From Felis catus (taxonomy: Eukaryota): a DNA stretch of 64,000 bases. The notes below the pieces were generated by a model that was given only the letters and a program-made list of their open reading frames with translations, did not search any database and was not told the DNA's origin. A program made the position numbers and the translations under genes. The stretch lies in assembly GCF_018350175.1 (NCBI RefSeq), contig NC_058368.1, positions 27,592,001 through 27,656,000 on the forward strand, written 5' to 3'. Shown here in pieces: positions 50,578-62,356 of this stretch (position 1 is the stretch's first letter; each line of letters starts with the position of its first letter).

Positions 50578-50644
50578 TTAGGTATAATTATTAATAATTA
50601 TATATAACTAATAATATTAGTTATAACTTAATAATTATACCTAA
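50578..50644. repeat. AT-rich nested inverted repeat
   Basis: 17-bp arms (50578-50594 / 50628-50644) and inner 11-bp arms (50603-50613 / 50615-50625). Confidence 0.9.
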
Positions 50645-52721
50645 TTAAGTAGAATAATTGTTACTAATGTGAGTTTCATAATTAGCACACCAATCTGAGG
50701 ATTAAGAAAATACAAGTTCCCTTATATCCTTGGGCTTTCCTTAGGTAGATCTTTTCATGGGTTTTTACATATTCTTCAACCTTCATTAAAACTTATGAAT
50801 GTCTACATTCCAAACCTGTAAGACAGAAGTAAAAAGTATTACCATCTGCTGATTTGAAGGATCCTTAAAGGCCACCCACAATTCTTAAAAGAAAGATGTT
50901 AAAATCATGTGGAGACAGATGGACTTCTGGCATGAGGAGTTCCACTGATCTGCTCCCCAGTGGAACTGGTGAAAACTATGTAAATAACCCCAGCCACTTA
51001 AAACCTCTGAAAATGGTCTTAAAAGCAAAAGTAAAAAAGAAACATCTATTCAGGAAAATCTATGACAATTCAGTAAGAAAGGCAGGAAACTGGTATTTGA
51101 ACCAAAACAGCTTCCCTCCTCTCCTCTCGGCTCAGCCAGACCAACACTTCTGCTGGATTGATGCAGCCAGAAACACAGGGCTCCCCTCTCTCCCTACCTC
51201 CTGGACAAAGGGTTTTCTTTCTGGGAGGAGCATGATCTCCATTATTTCTCTTCCTTCCCCCAGCTGCCTGCTGCTGAGGCTAAGTGCTAAGCAAGTGATA
51301 CAGAAGCTCTACCTTAAGTGTGGCTCCTTTAGAATACTGGGCCTCAAGAGTCCTTCTCCAGTCCATAAAGCGTGGTGGTTCCACACAAGAGAGGCAAGCC
51401 AAGAAGACCTCAGGCTACTGCTCCCTGTGTTGCATGCTTAGATCCTACAGCGGGGGTTTCATTTGGAGAGAAGACTGCCATAGTTCCCAGTCTCAACTCC
51501 AGAGCCCTGGCAGATATTTTTCCTATGAAGTAAACAGGCCATGAAACAGAGAGCCCCAAACCTCTTTCCAAAGGAACTGACTTCATTTACAACAGAGCAT
51601 GGAGGGTGCTCTCAAGGACAGTACAGGGAGGGACAGCAGAGGTTCTGAAAAGCAACTGGGAGAAGATTCATGAATCCAGTGAACATACACAGTGACTGTA
51701 TGTTCACAGGACAGAAACAGGGAACAAACAGCAGAGAGGAGCCCTCCTGGGTTCAGAACAAACATCAGACACTGACTCCAGAAACCGTTTCATCAAAGGT
51801 GCAACTATTTGATTGTATTCATTCGTAGAGAAATTTGTGTCCCAGGGCATTGTTGAGAACAACTGAGCAACTGGTCAGCAATTAGTGGAGTTTACAATTG
51901 GGTGTGATCAAGAAAAGAGAGGAAGAGTGCCCGACCAATACCACTGTCATCCCACAGTGGCTGAGTTGCATACCCAAAACTATGCCACCTTGAGGAACAG
52001 TGTAAAAAGCTTAACAAGGGGAGGTGGGGGGGGGGGGGTGAGGGTATCGACTTCACTAAAATAATCCAGTTACTAAACAAATAAATAAAAATAATAAGCC
52101 CTCCCTGGGGTGGACAAATACCCTGAGCTGCTACAATACATAATCTAAAATGTTCAGTTTCCAACAAAATACTATGAGGCATACAAATTAACAGGTCATG
52201 ACAGTATGACCCATACATACACAATGAAAAAGCAGCAACAGAAACTACCTGTGAAAATAATCAGATGTTGGATTTATAGGAAAAGATTCCCAAGAAGCCA
52301 TTATACATCCACAGAACAAAATTGAAAAATCACTAGAGGTGCTCAAGAGTAGACTTGAACTGGCCTAAGAAAGAAGTAGTGAACTTGAAGATAGAGCAAT
52401 TGAGATTTCTCAAGCCAAAGATCAAAAAGAAAAAAGAATGAGAAAAAAACAACAGTCTCAGACAAATGTGGGACATCATTAAAACCACAAATATACATGT
52501 AATGTGAGTACCAGAAGATGAGGGGAAAGAAAATGAAAAAAAAAAAAAAATCTTTAAAAAAAATATGGTTAAAAATGTCCAAAGTTTCCTGAAAAACAAT
52601 AACCTACTCACCGAAAGAGCTCACCAAACTCCAAGAAGGATAAATAAAAAGAGATCTAAACACAGACACATCACAGTAAAAATGCTGAAAGTCAAAGGCA
52701 AGGAGAAAATCTATAAAGCAG

Positions 52722-53272
52722 TGTTAAATTAAGTAAGGTGGCCATTGTACGGAAGTGGCTTTTATGCCTTAGTAGCCTACATAACCAAACCAAAACCTAA
52801 GCCTGTAAATCCCTCAACATTAAGAAATTGAAACCTGAGGGCAACTAATCGCCAACAGCCAACCAGACTCTTCCAAATAAAGCAAATGCTTATTAAGCTG
52901 TAGTCAATCAAACAATTTCTTTGTTTTGCTTCTGCCTCTTCTCTATACAAGTATTTCCCCTAGCTCCTGTCAGTGGCGTGTTCCTAACCAATTGCAGTTT
53001 GGTGCTACCCAATTCAAACAGATTTTTGCTCAAATAAACCTTTTTAATATGCCTAGGTTTATCTGTTAATTTTTTTTTAACGTTTATTTATTTTTGAGAT
53101 AGAGAGAGACAGAGCATGAACGGGGGAGGGTCAGAGAGAGAGGGAGACACGGAACCTGAAGCAGGCTCCAGGCTCTGAGCTGTCAGCACAGAGCCCAACG
53201 CGGGGCTCGAACTCATGGACCGCGAGATCATGACCTGAGCCGAAGTCGCCCGCCTAGGTTTATCTTTTAAAA
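52722..53272 (+). mobile_element. ERV1-class solo LTR inserted in L1 ORF1
   Basis: Begins TG(ttaaatt), has tttgctcaaataaac near the 3' end and ends ttttaa(a)a; 4-bp TSD g(c/t)ag; L1 ORF1 sequence resumes on both sides. Confidence 0.7.
53065..53251 (-). mobile_element. 5'-truncated CanSINE inserted in the LTR
   Basis: Perfect TSD gcctaggtttatct at 53051 and 53252; lacks the SINE head. Confidence 0.93.
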
Positions 53273-56200
53273 GTAGCAACAGGAAAACAATGTGTCACTT
53301 ATTTAAAAAACCCTCCAATAAGACTGATAGCTGACGTAACAGAAACAATGGTGGCCAGAAGCAGTGGGATACATAATCAAAGTCCTCAAAGAAAAAAACG
53401 GTAGGCCAAGAATCCTAAATTCAGCAAGGCCTTCATTCAGAAACGAAGGCAAAACAAACGCTATCCCATATACACAAACCTGAAAGAATTTGTTGTTAGC
53501 AGACCACTTGAGAAGAAATACTAGAGGAATTTCTTTAGGCTGCGAGCAAATGACCATAGACAGCAATCTAAATTCACACACACAAAGAACACTAGGTAAA
53601 GATCACCATAATTATAGAAGACAATATAAACACATATTTTTCTTTCTTCTCTTAATTCACTGAAAAGGCAATGAATGGTAGAAGATAATACATACAGAAT
53701 GTATTGTTGAACCTATAACATTTAGAAACACATGCAAAATATATTTGCTAGTAATAGTACAAAGGAGGTCTGTGGGAACAAAGCTAATATGGACTAAGGA
53801 AATAACAGGAGATGATAAAGTAGTAATACTAAGTGTACTGTTGGGTTTGTAACATTAGTAGATATAATATGTGTAACAATAATACCACAAAAAGGGTACA
53901 CAAGGAATAGAGCTATGTAAGACTAATGTTTCTAAATATTAGTGGAATCTAGTACAAATATGAAACAGAGTCTGATAAAGGAAGGGTATGTATGAGAAAC
54001 CCTACAGCAATCACTTTTTAAAAACCTCAGAAACAGTGAAAAAATAATTAATGAAATTAAAATGCTAGAAAATATTCACTCCACATAAAAGAAAATAGTA
54101 AAGGAGGAACAGAGGAGTAAAAAAAAAAAAAGACATGAGACATAGAAAACAAAAAGTAAATCAGACATAAATCCAACTATATTATTAGTAATAATACATG
54201 TGAATGGGTTAAACAATTCAATTAATCAAAATGTTGTCAGATTTTGTTTAAAAAGAACATGACCCAACTATATGCTGTTTGCCAGAGACACAAAAACACA
54301 GATTGAAAGTAAAAGGATGCAAAAAGATATATCATGAAAAAACCAACCATAGAAAAGCTAGAGTGCGTATTCTCAAAATAGACTTTAAAAATGTAAACGA
54401 GATTTTTAAAAGGAACACCTAACAGGATCAAATTCATTAAGAGGATACAACAATTATAAACATGTATGCATCTAACAACAGAGGACCAAAATATATGAAA
54501 CAGAAACTAACAGCATGAAGAAAGAAGCAGATAATTCAACAACAAAATTTAATGCCCCACTTTCAATAATGGATATAACAACTAGAAAAAAGATCAAGAA
54601 AACAGAAGAATTGCACAACACTTATACCAACTAGATCTAACAGACATCTACAGAACAAAACACTCCGCCCCCCAAAAAGCAGAATATACATTCTTCTCAA
54701 GTGCACATGGAACATTCTCCAGGAGAGACCATATGCTAGGCCATTAAACAAACCTCAATAGGCTAAAAGGATAGAAATAATCACATTATGTTTTCCAAAC
54801 ACAATGGTATGAAACTAGAAATCAATAAGGACAGATTTAGGAAATAAATATGTGGAAATTAAACAACATACTCTTGAACAATCAATGAGTCAAATGAGTC
54901 AAAAAAGGGAAATTAGAAAGTACGTGAAGATAAATGAAAATGAAGACACAACATACTCAAACTTATGGAGCACAACTAAAGCAGTGCTTACGAGGCAATT
55001 ATAGCTATAAATGCCTATGTTAAAAAAAGAAAATCTTAAATCAACGACCTAACCTTCAACCTTAAGACAATGTAAGGAGAAGAATAAACTAAACCCAAAG
55101 CAATTATAAGGAAGAAAACAGTAAAAATTAAAACAGAAATTAATGAAAGAGAATAGAAAAAAAAGAATTACAGAAAAATCAATGAACCCAAAAGCTGGTT
55201 CTTTGAAAGGAAACCTTTAACTTGTTGATCAGCAATAAAAACCTTTTTCTTGTTCGACCAAGAAAAAGAGAACAGATTCAAATTATTGGAATTAGAAACC
55301 AGTATTACTATCAACCTTAGAGAAATAAAAAAAGGTTATAAAAGAATACTATGAACAGTTGCATTTCAACAAATTGGATTACTTAGATAAAATGGACGAA
55401 TTCCTTGGAGGACACAAATTACTGAAACCTGACTCAAGAAGGAATAGACAATCGAATAGACCTATAACAACTTAAGAGATTGAATCAGTAATCAAAAAAC
55501 TATGCACAAAGAAAAGCCCAGGCCTAGACGGTTTATAGAAGAGGAGGAAACACTTCCTAACTCATTTATAAGGCCCACATTATCTTGACACTAAAACCAA
55601 AGACATCACAATAAAACTACAGATCTATATTTCTTATGAATATGTATTCCAAAAACCCAAGAAAATACTAGCAAACTGAATATAGCAACATATTAAAAAA
55701 ATTATATGCTAGACCAGGTGAAATTTATCCCAGGGATCTGAGGTTGGTTTAACAACTGAAAATCAATTAATGGAATCCATTACATCTATAGAATAAAAAA
55801 CAAAAATAGAAGGGAATTTCCTAACCTGATAAAGGGCATCCATTAAAAAAACCTACAGATAATACCATACTAATGTGGTAAAGACTGGATGTTTTTCCCT
55901 AAGATCAGAAACAAGACAAAAATGTCTGTTCTCACAACTTTTCAATGTATATAAATATATATATTCAAACATCAATAAGTACATTAAACATAAAAGAACT
56001 AAATACTTGTATTGAAAGTCAAAACCTGTTAGATCTCATTAAAAAACTAAAACCTGCTGCTTAGAAGCGTCAAACTTCAAGAGTTAAAAAAGGCTGAAAG
56101 AAAAAGACAGGAAAGGATATACCATGTAAACGCTAACCAAAAGAAAGCTGGGGAAGCTACAGTTTCAAATAAAGCAGACTTTATGGCAAGAAGCAATACT

Positions 56201-56511
56201 AGATATAAAGAAGGATATTTCAAAATGAGGAGTCAACCCACAAGGAAAACATAACAACTCTAAATTATCTGTCCCCAAGTTATATAACCATACCATCACA
56301 GTAAGTGAAGCAAAACAAAACCTAAATGGAGATATATACCTCATATATCTTTAATACTGAATTCAAGAATTACAGACTATACAATGTGTTCACAGATTAC
56401 TTACCAAAAATTAACCATATATATGCTGGATCATAAAGTAAGGTTCAAACAACTTCTAAAGAACTTCTAAAACAACTAAACTTCTAAACAACTTCTAAAG
56501 AAACCAGAGTA

Positions 56512-56742
56512 GGGGCGCCTGGGTGGCGCAGTCGGTTAAGCGTCCGACTTCAGCCAGGTCACGATCTCGCGGTCCGCGAGTTCGAGCCCCGCGTCGGGCT
56601 CTGGGCTGATGGCTCAGAGCCTGGAGCCTGTTTCCGATTCTGTGTCTCCCTCTCTCTCTGCCCCTCCCCTGTTCGTGCTCTGTCTCTCTCTGTCCCAAAA
56701 ATAAATAAAAACGTTGAAAAAAAAATTAAAAAAAAAAAAAAA
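56512..56742 (+). mobile_element. Young felid CanSINE
   Basis: CpG-intact head, long A tail, perfect TSD aaagaaaccagagta (56497 and 56743). Confidence 0.97.
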
Positions 56743-57020
56743 AAAGAAACCAGAGTATCATAAAGTAAGGTTCAAACAACTTCCAAAGAACTTCTAAAAC
56801 AACTAAAACTTCTAAACAACTTCTAAAGAAACCAGAGTATGTTCTCTTCCCAAGTGGAATGAAGACAGAAGTCACTAACACAGATAACTAGAAAATATTC
56901 GGTCACTAGGAAATTAGGCAATATATGTTAACACATGAGTGAAAGAAAAAAACTTTGAACTAATGGTAGCTAAAACCAATGACCTGAATATTCAGTTTAA
57001 AAAACAGAAAAAGAACAGCA

Positions 57021-57156
57021 GGGTGCCTGCGTGGCTCAGTGGGTTAAGCATATGACTTTGGCTCAGGTCGTGGTCTCATGGTCTATGGGTGTGGGTCCCG
57101 TGTCAAGGCTCTGCACTGATAGTGCAGAGCCTTCTTGGGATTCCCTCTCCCTCTCC

Positions 57157-57187
<31 letters not shown>

Positions 57188-57250
57188 CCCCTCCCCTGCT
57201 TGCTCTCTCTCAAAATAAATAAACTTAAAAAAAAAAAAAGGAAAAAGAAA
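57021..57250 (+). mobile_element. CanSINE
   Basis: gggtgcctgcgtggctcagtgggttaagc head; TSD ending gaacagca. Confidence 0.9.
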
Positions 57251-57504
57251 ACGAACAGCAAATTAAAACCAAAGTTAGAAGAAATAAAAATAACAATTCA
57301 TGATACAGAAAATTAACTTACAAATGCAGAATAACAAAATACGACCATAAGTTTTTAAAAGACTAATACACATATATTGACCTTTAGCATGACCCGTCAA
57401 GAGAACAAAGGGGATGATACCAATGAACAAATTACGTTAACACTGAGAATGAAAAAGTAGTGAAAACCACAGCTACTACAAACATTAAAAAGGTATTAAG
57501 GGCA

Positions 57505-57692
57505 GGGGTGCCTGGGTGGCTCAGTCAGCTGAGTGTCTGACTCTTCATTTCTCTCAGGTATGATCTCACCGTTTGTGAGTTGGGCCCTGAGCTGATAGTG
57601 CTGAGCCTGCTTGGGATTCTCTCTCTCTCTCTGCCCCTCCCTCGCTCTCATTCTCTTGTTCTCTCAAAATAAATAAATAAACTTTAAAAGAC
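57505..57692 (+). mobile_element. CanSINE
   Basis: ggggtgcctgggtggctcagtcag head. Confidence 0.9.
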
Positions 57693-58264
57693 AAAAAAAG
57701 GTAACAAGGGGATATTATAAACAACCTTGTACCAATCTGAAATTTTAGGTGAACTGGAAAAATTCCTATAAAAAAGTTACCCAAAACTAGGGATAAGGAG
57801 AAACAGAAAATCTGAAGAGGTGTGTATTTTTTAAATGCTGAATCTGTAATTTTAAACCTTCCCACAAAGAAGTCTCCAAGCCCAGATGGCTTCATTGGTG
57901 AATTCTTACAAATATTAAAACAAGAAGTAACACATCTTACACAAACTCGTTCAGAGAACAAAGGAGAACACTGCCAATTCCTTTAAGAGGCTAGAGTGAC
58001 CCTGAAAGCAAAATCTATTAACTTTCTAAAAAAGCAAAACTACAGGCTAATTTTTCTCACAAACAGAGGCACATTTTTCCTTTTAAATACCTTAAGTACT
58101 ATTTATGCCTTATTTAAGACATCTTTACCTACTCTGTGTTTTGAAATATAGAGATGTATTGCTGTTTCATATCACACATTTACATTAAAATCCATTAAGA
58201 ATTAACTTTCTATACGATGCGAGATGGAGTCAACATGCATTTTTTTCATATGGGTGTACGGACA

Positions 58265-58440
58265 CTTTGGTGCCACTGCCTTTACTGGTGCTAAGGCACT
58301 AGCAGTTTACACACCAATGATGTTTTTGCAACATCATTACAAATGTCCACGCAGGAAAAGGGAAACAGTTTCACCTAAGAGCTCCTGAAAGGGTCTCAGG
58401 AACCCCTGGAGGCCCACAGAGCCCACCTTGCTAAGGCTGC
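58265..58440. mobile_element. hAT Charlie1-like terminal fragment
   Basis: ctcctgaaagggtctcaggaacccctggaggcccacagagcccacc. Confidence 0.55.
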
Positions 58441-58819
58441 TATATATCAGTGAGAATGAACACACTATTGCTTCACATTACAATATGGATAATTCTCACA
58501 AGGATAAATACTGAACGAAAGCAGCCAGGTGCAAATGACTACACACATTCAAAAGAGGCAAGACGAATTTGTGATACTATGAATCAAGACAGTGGTTCTT
58601 TTTAAGAGTGAAGCAGAACTGGAAGGGCTCATGAAGGGGTGTCAGGGGTGTGGTGATGTTCTAGTTTTTGACATAGGGGATGGTTATACAGGTGTGTTTG
58701 TAAAAATTTATGTAGATATATACTTATGATGTGTGCACTTTTCTGCTTGTATACTTCAAAACAAAGTATATTTAAAAAAAGAAAAAGAAGCAGAGATTGA
58801 GGAGAAAAATTTCTTAAGA

Positions 58820-59340
58820 AGTAAATTACATCACTCTACTGCTTAAAGGCTGACAGAAACTTCCCACTGTGTTTAGAATCAAGTATTACACACCACCTAC
58901 AGCATTTCATTATCATAAAGCACACCTGCAGTTTTCAAAATGTGGACACCACCTCGTCTCCTGCTCTCTCTCCCCCTGCATATTACACCCCTATCATTCT
59001 AGTCTTCTTTCAAGTAATTAAACACCCCTAGAGCTTTTGCTTATGCTAGTTCCCTGGCCTCGCAAGCATTCTTCACACAGCTGGCTTCTTTTCATCCTTC
59101 AGGTCTCCTCACGGAGGCCTTCCCAGTCACTGTATGTAAAGCTGCCTCTTTCTCACACCCTTTACTACACTAACCACAACGTGAAATAGGTTTACTTCTT
59201 TTTTGTCTGTCTCTCCAGTAGAATTCATGCTCCATGAAGCCAAAGATCCAGTTGTCCTGTTTTACAGTTAAAGCCCCAAGATTTACCACATCTAGCACAT
59301 TACAGAAGTTAAATAAATACCTTCTGAATGACTGAAAGAA
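58820..59340 (+). mobile_element. L2a 3' fragment
   Basis: catcactctactgcttaaa...ttgtctgtctctccagtagaattcatgctccatgaag...ctagcaca...aataaataccttctgaatga. Confidence 0.75.
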
Positions 59341-60233
59341 TAGTTACAGATGGTTTCATATAAATCACTAAGTATGTAAAATATTTCATATGATCATTAT
59401 GTATTATCAATCCCAATTCTATTTTACCTGTAAATTTTATTTGTATGCTTGCTTTTTATCCATTTTCTTATTCATTACTCATGAAAAAAAAAGTTCAAGT
59501 GTCAGCTATTCAGACTATAAAGATGAATAACCCATGTTCTTTTTGTTTTAAAGATCACATCATCTATTTACCAAGGAAAATCAATGTGGATAAAACAAAA
59601 TCATACATTTACTAAAAAAGTTATTAACTCAAATACAAAGCCTTAAATCTAATTAAAATTGTTGAAATAAGGGGAAGAAAAGATGAGCCCTTTGAAACAA
59701 GTATGAGTCTAGTACATCTATCAAAAAAGGAAATCAAGCTCATTAAGCACCACTCTTTCTTAGTGAATCCATTTTGACTCTTGGTGATCATGTCTTTCTT
59801 TTTATGAATGTCTGCAGTACATCTTCTAAGTGTAACATATTGTAATAAATTGTAATATCTTATTACTAGGGCTATGTGTCAAATTTAGCTTCTTCTACAA
59901 TGAGAGTAATTAGGGGAAATCCATTCAGTGGTATACTTTGATTTGTCTGTAGCCCCAATATTTAATTTTTACTGAAACACTGTGAAAGAAGAGTGAAAGT
60001 ACTGTATGTTTATTGAAAGAGGGCATAAATGAGAAAAGACGGAGAATCTCTGCTGCAGGCAGGTAAACTGCAGCTAAATGTAAGAACTTTCTAGTAGTTA
60101 GAGCTGCCTACCCACAGGCTGCTTGTAAAGCGGAAAGCTCTCCATCACTAAAAATCTTTCAGGAGAGCTAACAGGCCATTTTCCCCAGGATGAGCAGAAA
60201 CAGTCCTGACTTAGGAGGCAACATTGATCAGAT

Positions 60234-60458
60234 CAGTGTCTTTCAAACTATGGTAAACAAGCACCTTTTAAAATATTTCCAATTTGTAGTGGACCGATAC
60301 TTTCACAAATTACAAAAGTATCACACATTTGGATGTCACCACAATGTCAAATTGCTAGAGGCTTCTAAATGCTTACTTTGATTTTTGTTTGAAACCCACT
60401 GCATACAGGTGACAAGCCGGCCTGCATGCACGAGCAAACTATCCTCTGAGTAGCACTG
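60234..60458. mobile_element. hAT Charlie18a-like element, preceded by an L3/CR1-like fragment (about 60040-60200)
   Basis: cacatttggatgtcaccacaatgtcaaattgcta...ttctaaatgcttact...tgagtagcactg. Confidence 0.55.
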
Positions 60459-60995
60459 GATTAGAGAGTTTGTAAGCAATCGTTGAGGTTCTACAGTTTT
60501 TCAAATTTACCTAGTCTGTCTTCCTTTCTATATTCATTCATTAGGCATAATATCAAACTACTTATTTCCAAACATCTAGCCTCTCCAGCAATTTCAAAAA
60601 AACATAATCTAATCTGAATACATTAGATCAACTGAGATCTTATCTCCCTAAATTGAATAGCAAAATTTACTTTTTACCAAAGCACATCTGAATGCTTATT
60701 TAAAACTGGTTACAAAAAATGTATTTTCAGCCATTACCACACCTACTTTTCTGGTGTCACTTTCTTTGCATAAGCTGATAATGAAATGTGTGACAAATTA
60801 TAGTTGATCACACATCTGAAGTTCTAACTTTGTTTTACTAGCTGGCAGTAAAAGTGACTTAGGGATAAAGTGGGGGTACATTCATGAATTTCAGAAGCAT
60901 GGAGTAACGGATTTAAATTTTTTCAACTACCTATGTAACAGTCAGTGCTGATCTGGCCAAAGCAATATGGTGAAGAATTAGAAAAAGAGGAGACA

Positions 60996-61223
60996 GGGGC
61001 ACCTGGGTGGCTCAGTCGGTTAAGCGTCCGACTTCGGCTCAGGTCACGATCTCGCGGTATGTGAGTTTGAGCCCCGCGTCGGGCTCTGTGCTGACCGCTC
61101 AGAGCCTGGAGCCTGTTTCAGATTCTGTGTCTCCCTCTCTCTCTGGCCCTCCCCCATTCATGCTCTGTCTCTCTCTGTCTCAAAAATAAATAAATGTTAA
61201 AAAAAAAATTTATAAAAAAAGAA
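60996..61223 (+). mobile_element. CanSINE
   Basis: Perfect 16-bp TSD agaaaaagaggagaca (60980 and 61224). Confidence 0.96.
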
Positions 61224-61505
61224 AGAAAAAGAGGAGACAAAATTAACAGTTGCCCATTCTCATATTTCCCCCAATACTTCTGGCTTTCTCTCTCTGAGGA
61301 CAGTGAGGCATTTTTGTTTAAAATCTGTTATCTTCTTCTCATTCAGAACAAAACAAAACAAAAAAATAAAATAAAACAACCTTCCTTCTCAAGAGACAAT
61401 TTCAGGATTTATGGACTATTATCTCCCAACTCCATCATCTATGAATATTCTCCCTTCAGTAATTCCAGTATTCCTTAATTCACCCTACTTGTACTAGAGC
61501 AGTTC

Positions 61506-61712
61506 TTTTTTATGTTTATTTATTTGAGACAGAGAGAGAATGTATGTGCATGTATGCAGAAGAGGGTCGGGGGTGGGGGGTGGTACAGAGGATACAAAGC
61601 AGGCTCTGTGCTGACAGCACAGAGCCCGATGTGGGGCTTAAACTCAGAAATTGTGAGATCATGACCTGAGCCAAAGTCAGACGCTTAACCAAGTAAGCCA
61701 CCCAGGTGTCCC
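61506..61712 (-). mobile_element. CanSINE (sense with DNAJC15)
   Basis: Ends gccacccaggtgtccc; tail gtttatttattt. Confidence 0.92.
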
Positions 61713-61907
61713 TAGAACAGGAGTTCTTAACTGTGAGCATATAGCTGGGTGTTGAGGTCTATGAACTCTCTGAAACTCCAAATGTTTTTTCAAAATTGTG
61801 GGTGAATGAGCAATTATATGGACAAAATGTACACAGTTGCCAACATATTCTTAAAGGGTACAATAATCCAAAATGATTAAAAGTATCTTTCTTAAAAATG
61901 TGATCTG

Positions 61908-62111
61908 GGGGCACCTGGGTGGCTCAGTCGGTTAAGCGTCCAACTCTTGATTTCAGCTCAGGTCATGATCTCACGGTTTGTGAGTGTGAGCCCCACATCA
62001 GGCTCTGTGCTGACAGCATGGAGCCTACTTGGGATTCTCTTTCTCTCCCTCTCTCTGCCTCTCCCCATTCTGTCTTTCTCTCAAAAATGAATAAACTTAA
62101 AAAAAAAAAAA
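61908..62111 (+). mobile_element. CanSINE
   Basis: ggggcacctgggtggctcagtcggttaagcgtcc head. Confidence 0.93.
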
Positions 62112-62139
62112 GTGATCCGAATAGAAACACAGAGTACAA

Positions 62140-62356
62140 GGGCACCTGGGTGGCTCAGTCGGTTAAACGTCTGACTTCAGCTCAGGTCATGATCTCACAG
62201 TTTGTGGGTTCGAGCCCTGTGTTGGGCTCTGTGCTGACAGTTCAGAGCCTGGAGCCTGCCTTGGATTCTGTGTCTCCCTCTCTCTCTGCTCCTCCCTCAT
62301 TCATGCTCTGTCTCTATCCCTCAAAAATAAATAAAAGTTAAAAAAAGAAAGAAAGA
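62140..62356 (+). mobile_element. CanSINE
   Basis: gggcacctgggtggctcagtcggttaaacg head; degenerate TSD aaa(c/t)acaga(g/c)taca. Confidence 0.93.

Larger units (their letters stand above)
50890..55945 (+). mobile_element. Degenerate L1 (L1MC/MD-like): 5' region, ORF1 remnant and ORF2 endonuclease/early RT remnant, antisense to DNAJC15
   Basis: ORF1-like aaatgtgggacatcattaaa...ccagaag and ccaagaatcctaaattcagcaa; ORF2-like gtgaatgggttaaac, gacccaactatatgctgtttgccagagac, atacattcttctcaagtgcacatggaacattctccagg; many stops and frameshifts. Confidence 0.88.
55960..58060 (+). mobile_element. Second, older L1 ORF2 remnant (L1ME-like) carrying three SINEs
   Basis: A second endonuclease-like block (ggatataccatgtaaacgctaaccaaaagaaagctgg), later cccagatggcttcattggtgaattctta. 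Confidence 0.75.

Noticed and set aside
50896..51441. 181-aa ORF on the plus strand
   Set aside because: Falls in the 5' region of a degenerate L1 and resembles no protein I recognise.
56431..56839. CRISPR-like repeat array
   Set aside because: Mammalian DNA; only two long units made of slippage microrepeats, with no unique spacers or cas genes.
6846..62341. Many similar ORFs such as MAQSVKRPTSAQVMIS... and MGQRETEHERG...
   Set aside because: Translations of CanSINE copies, not a gene family.
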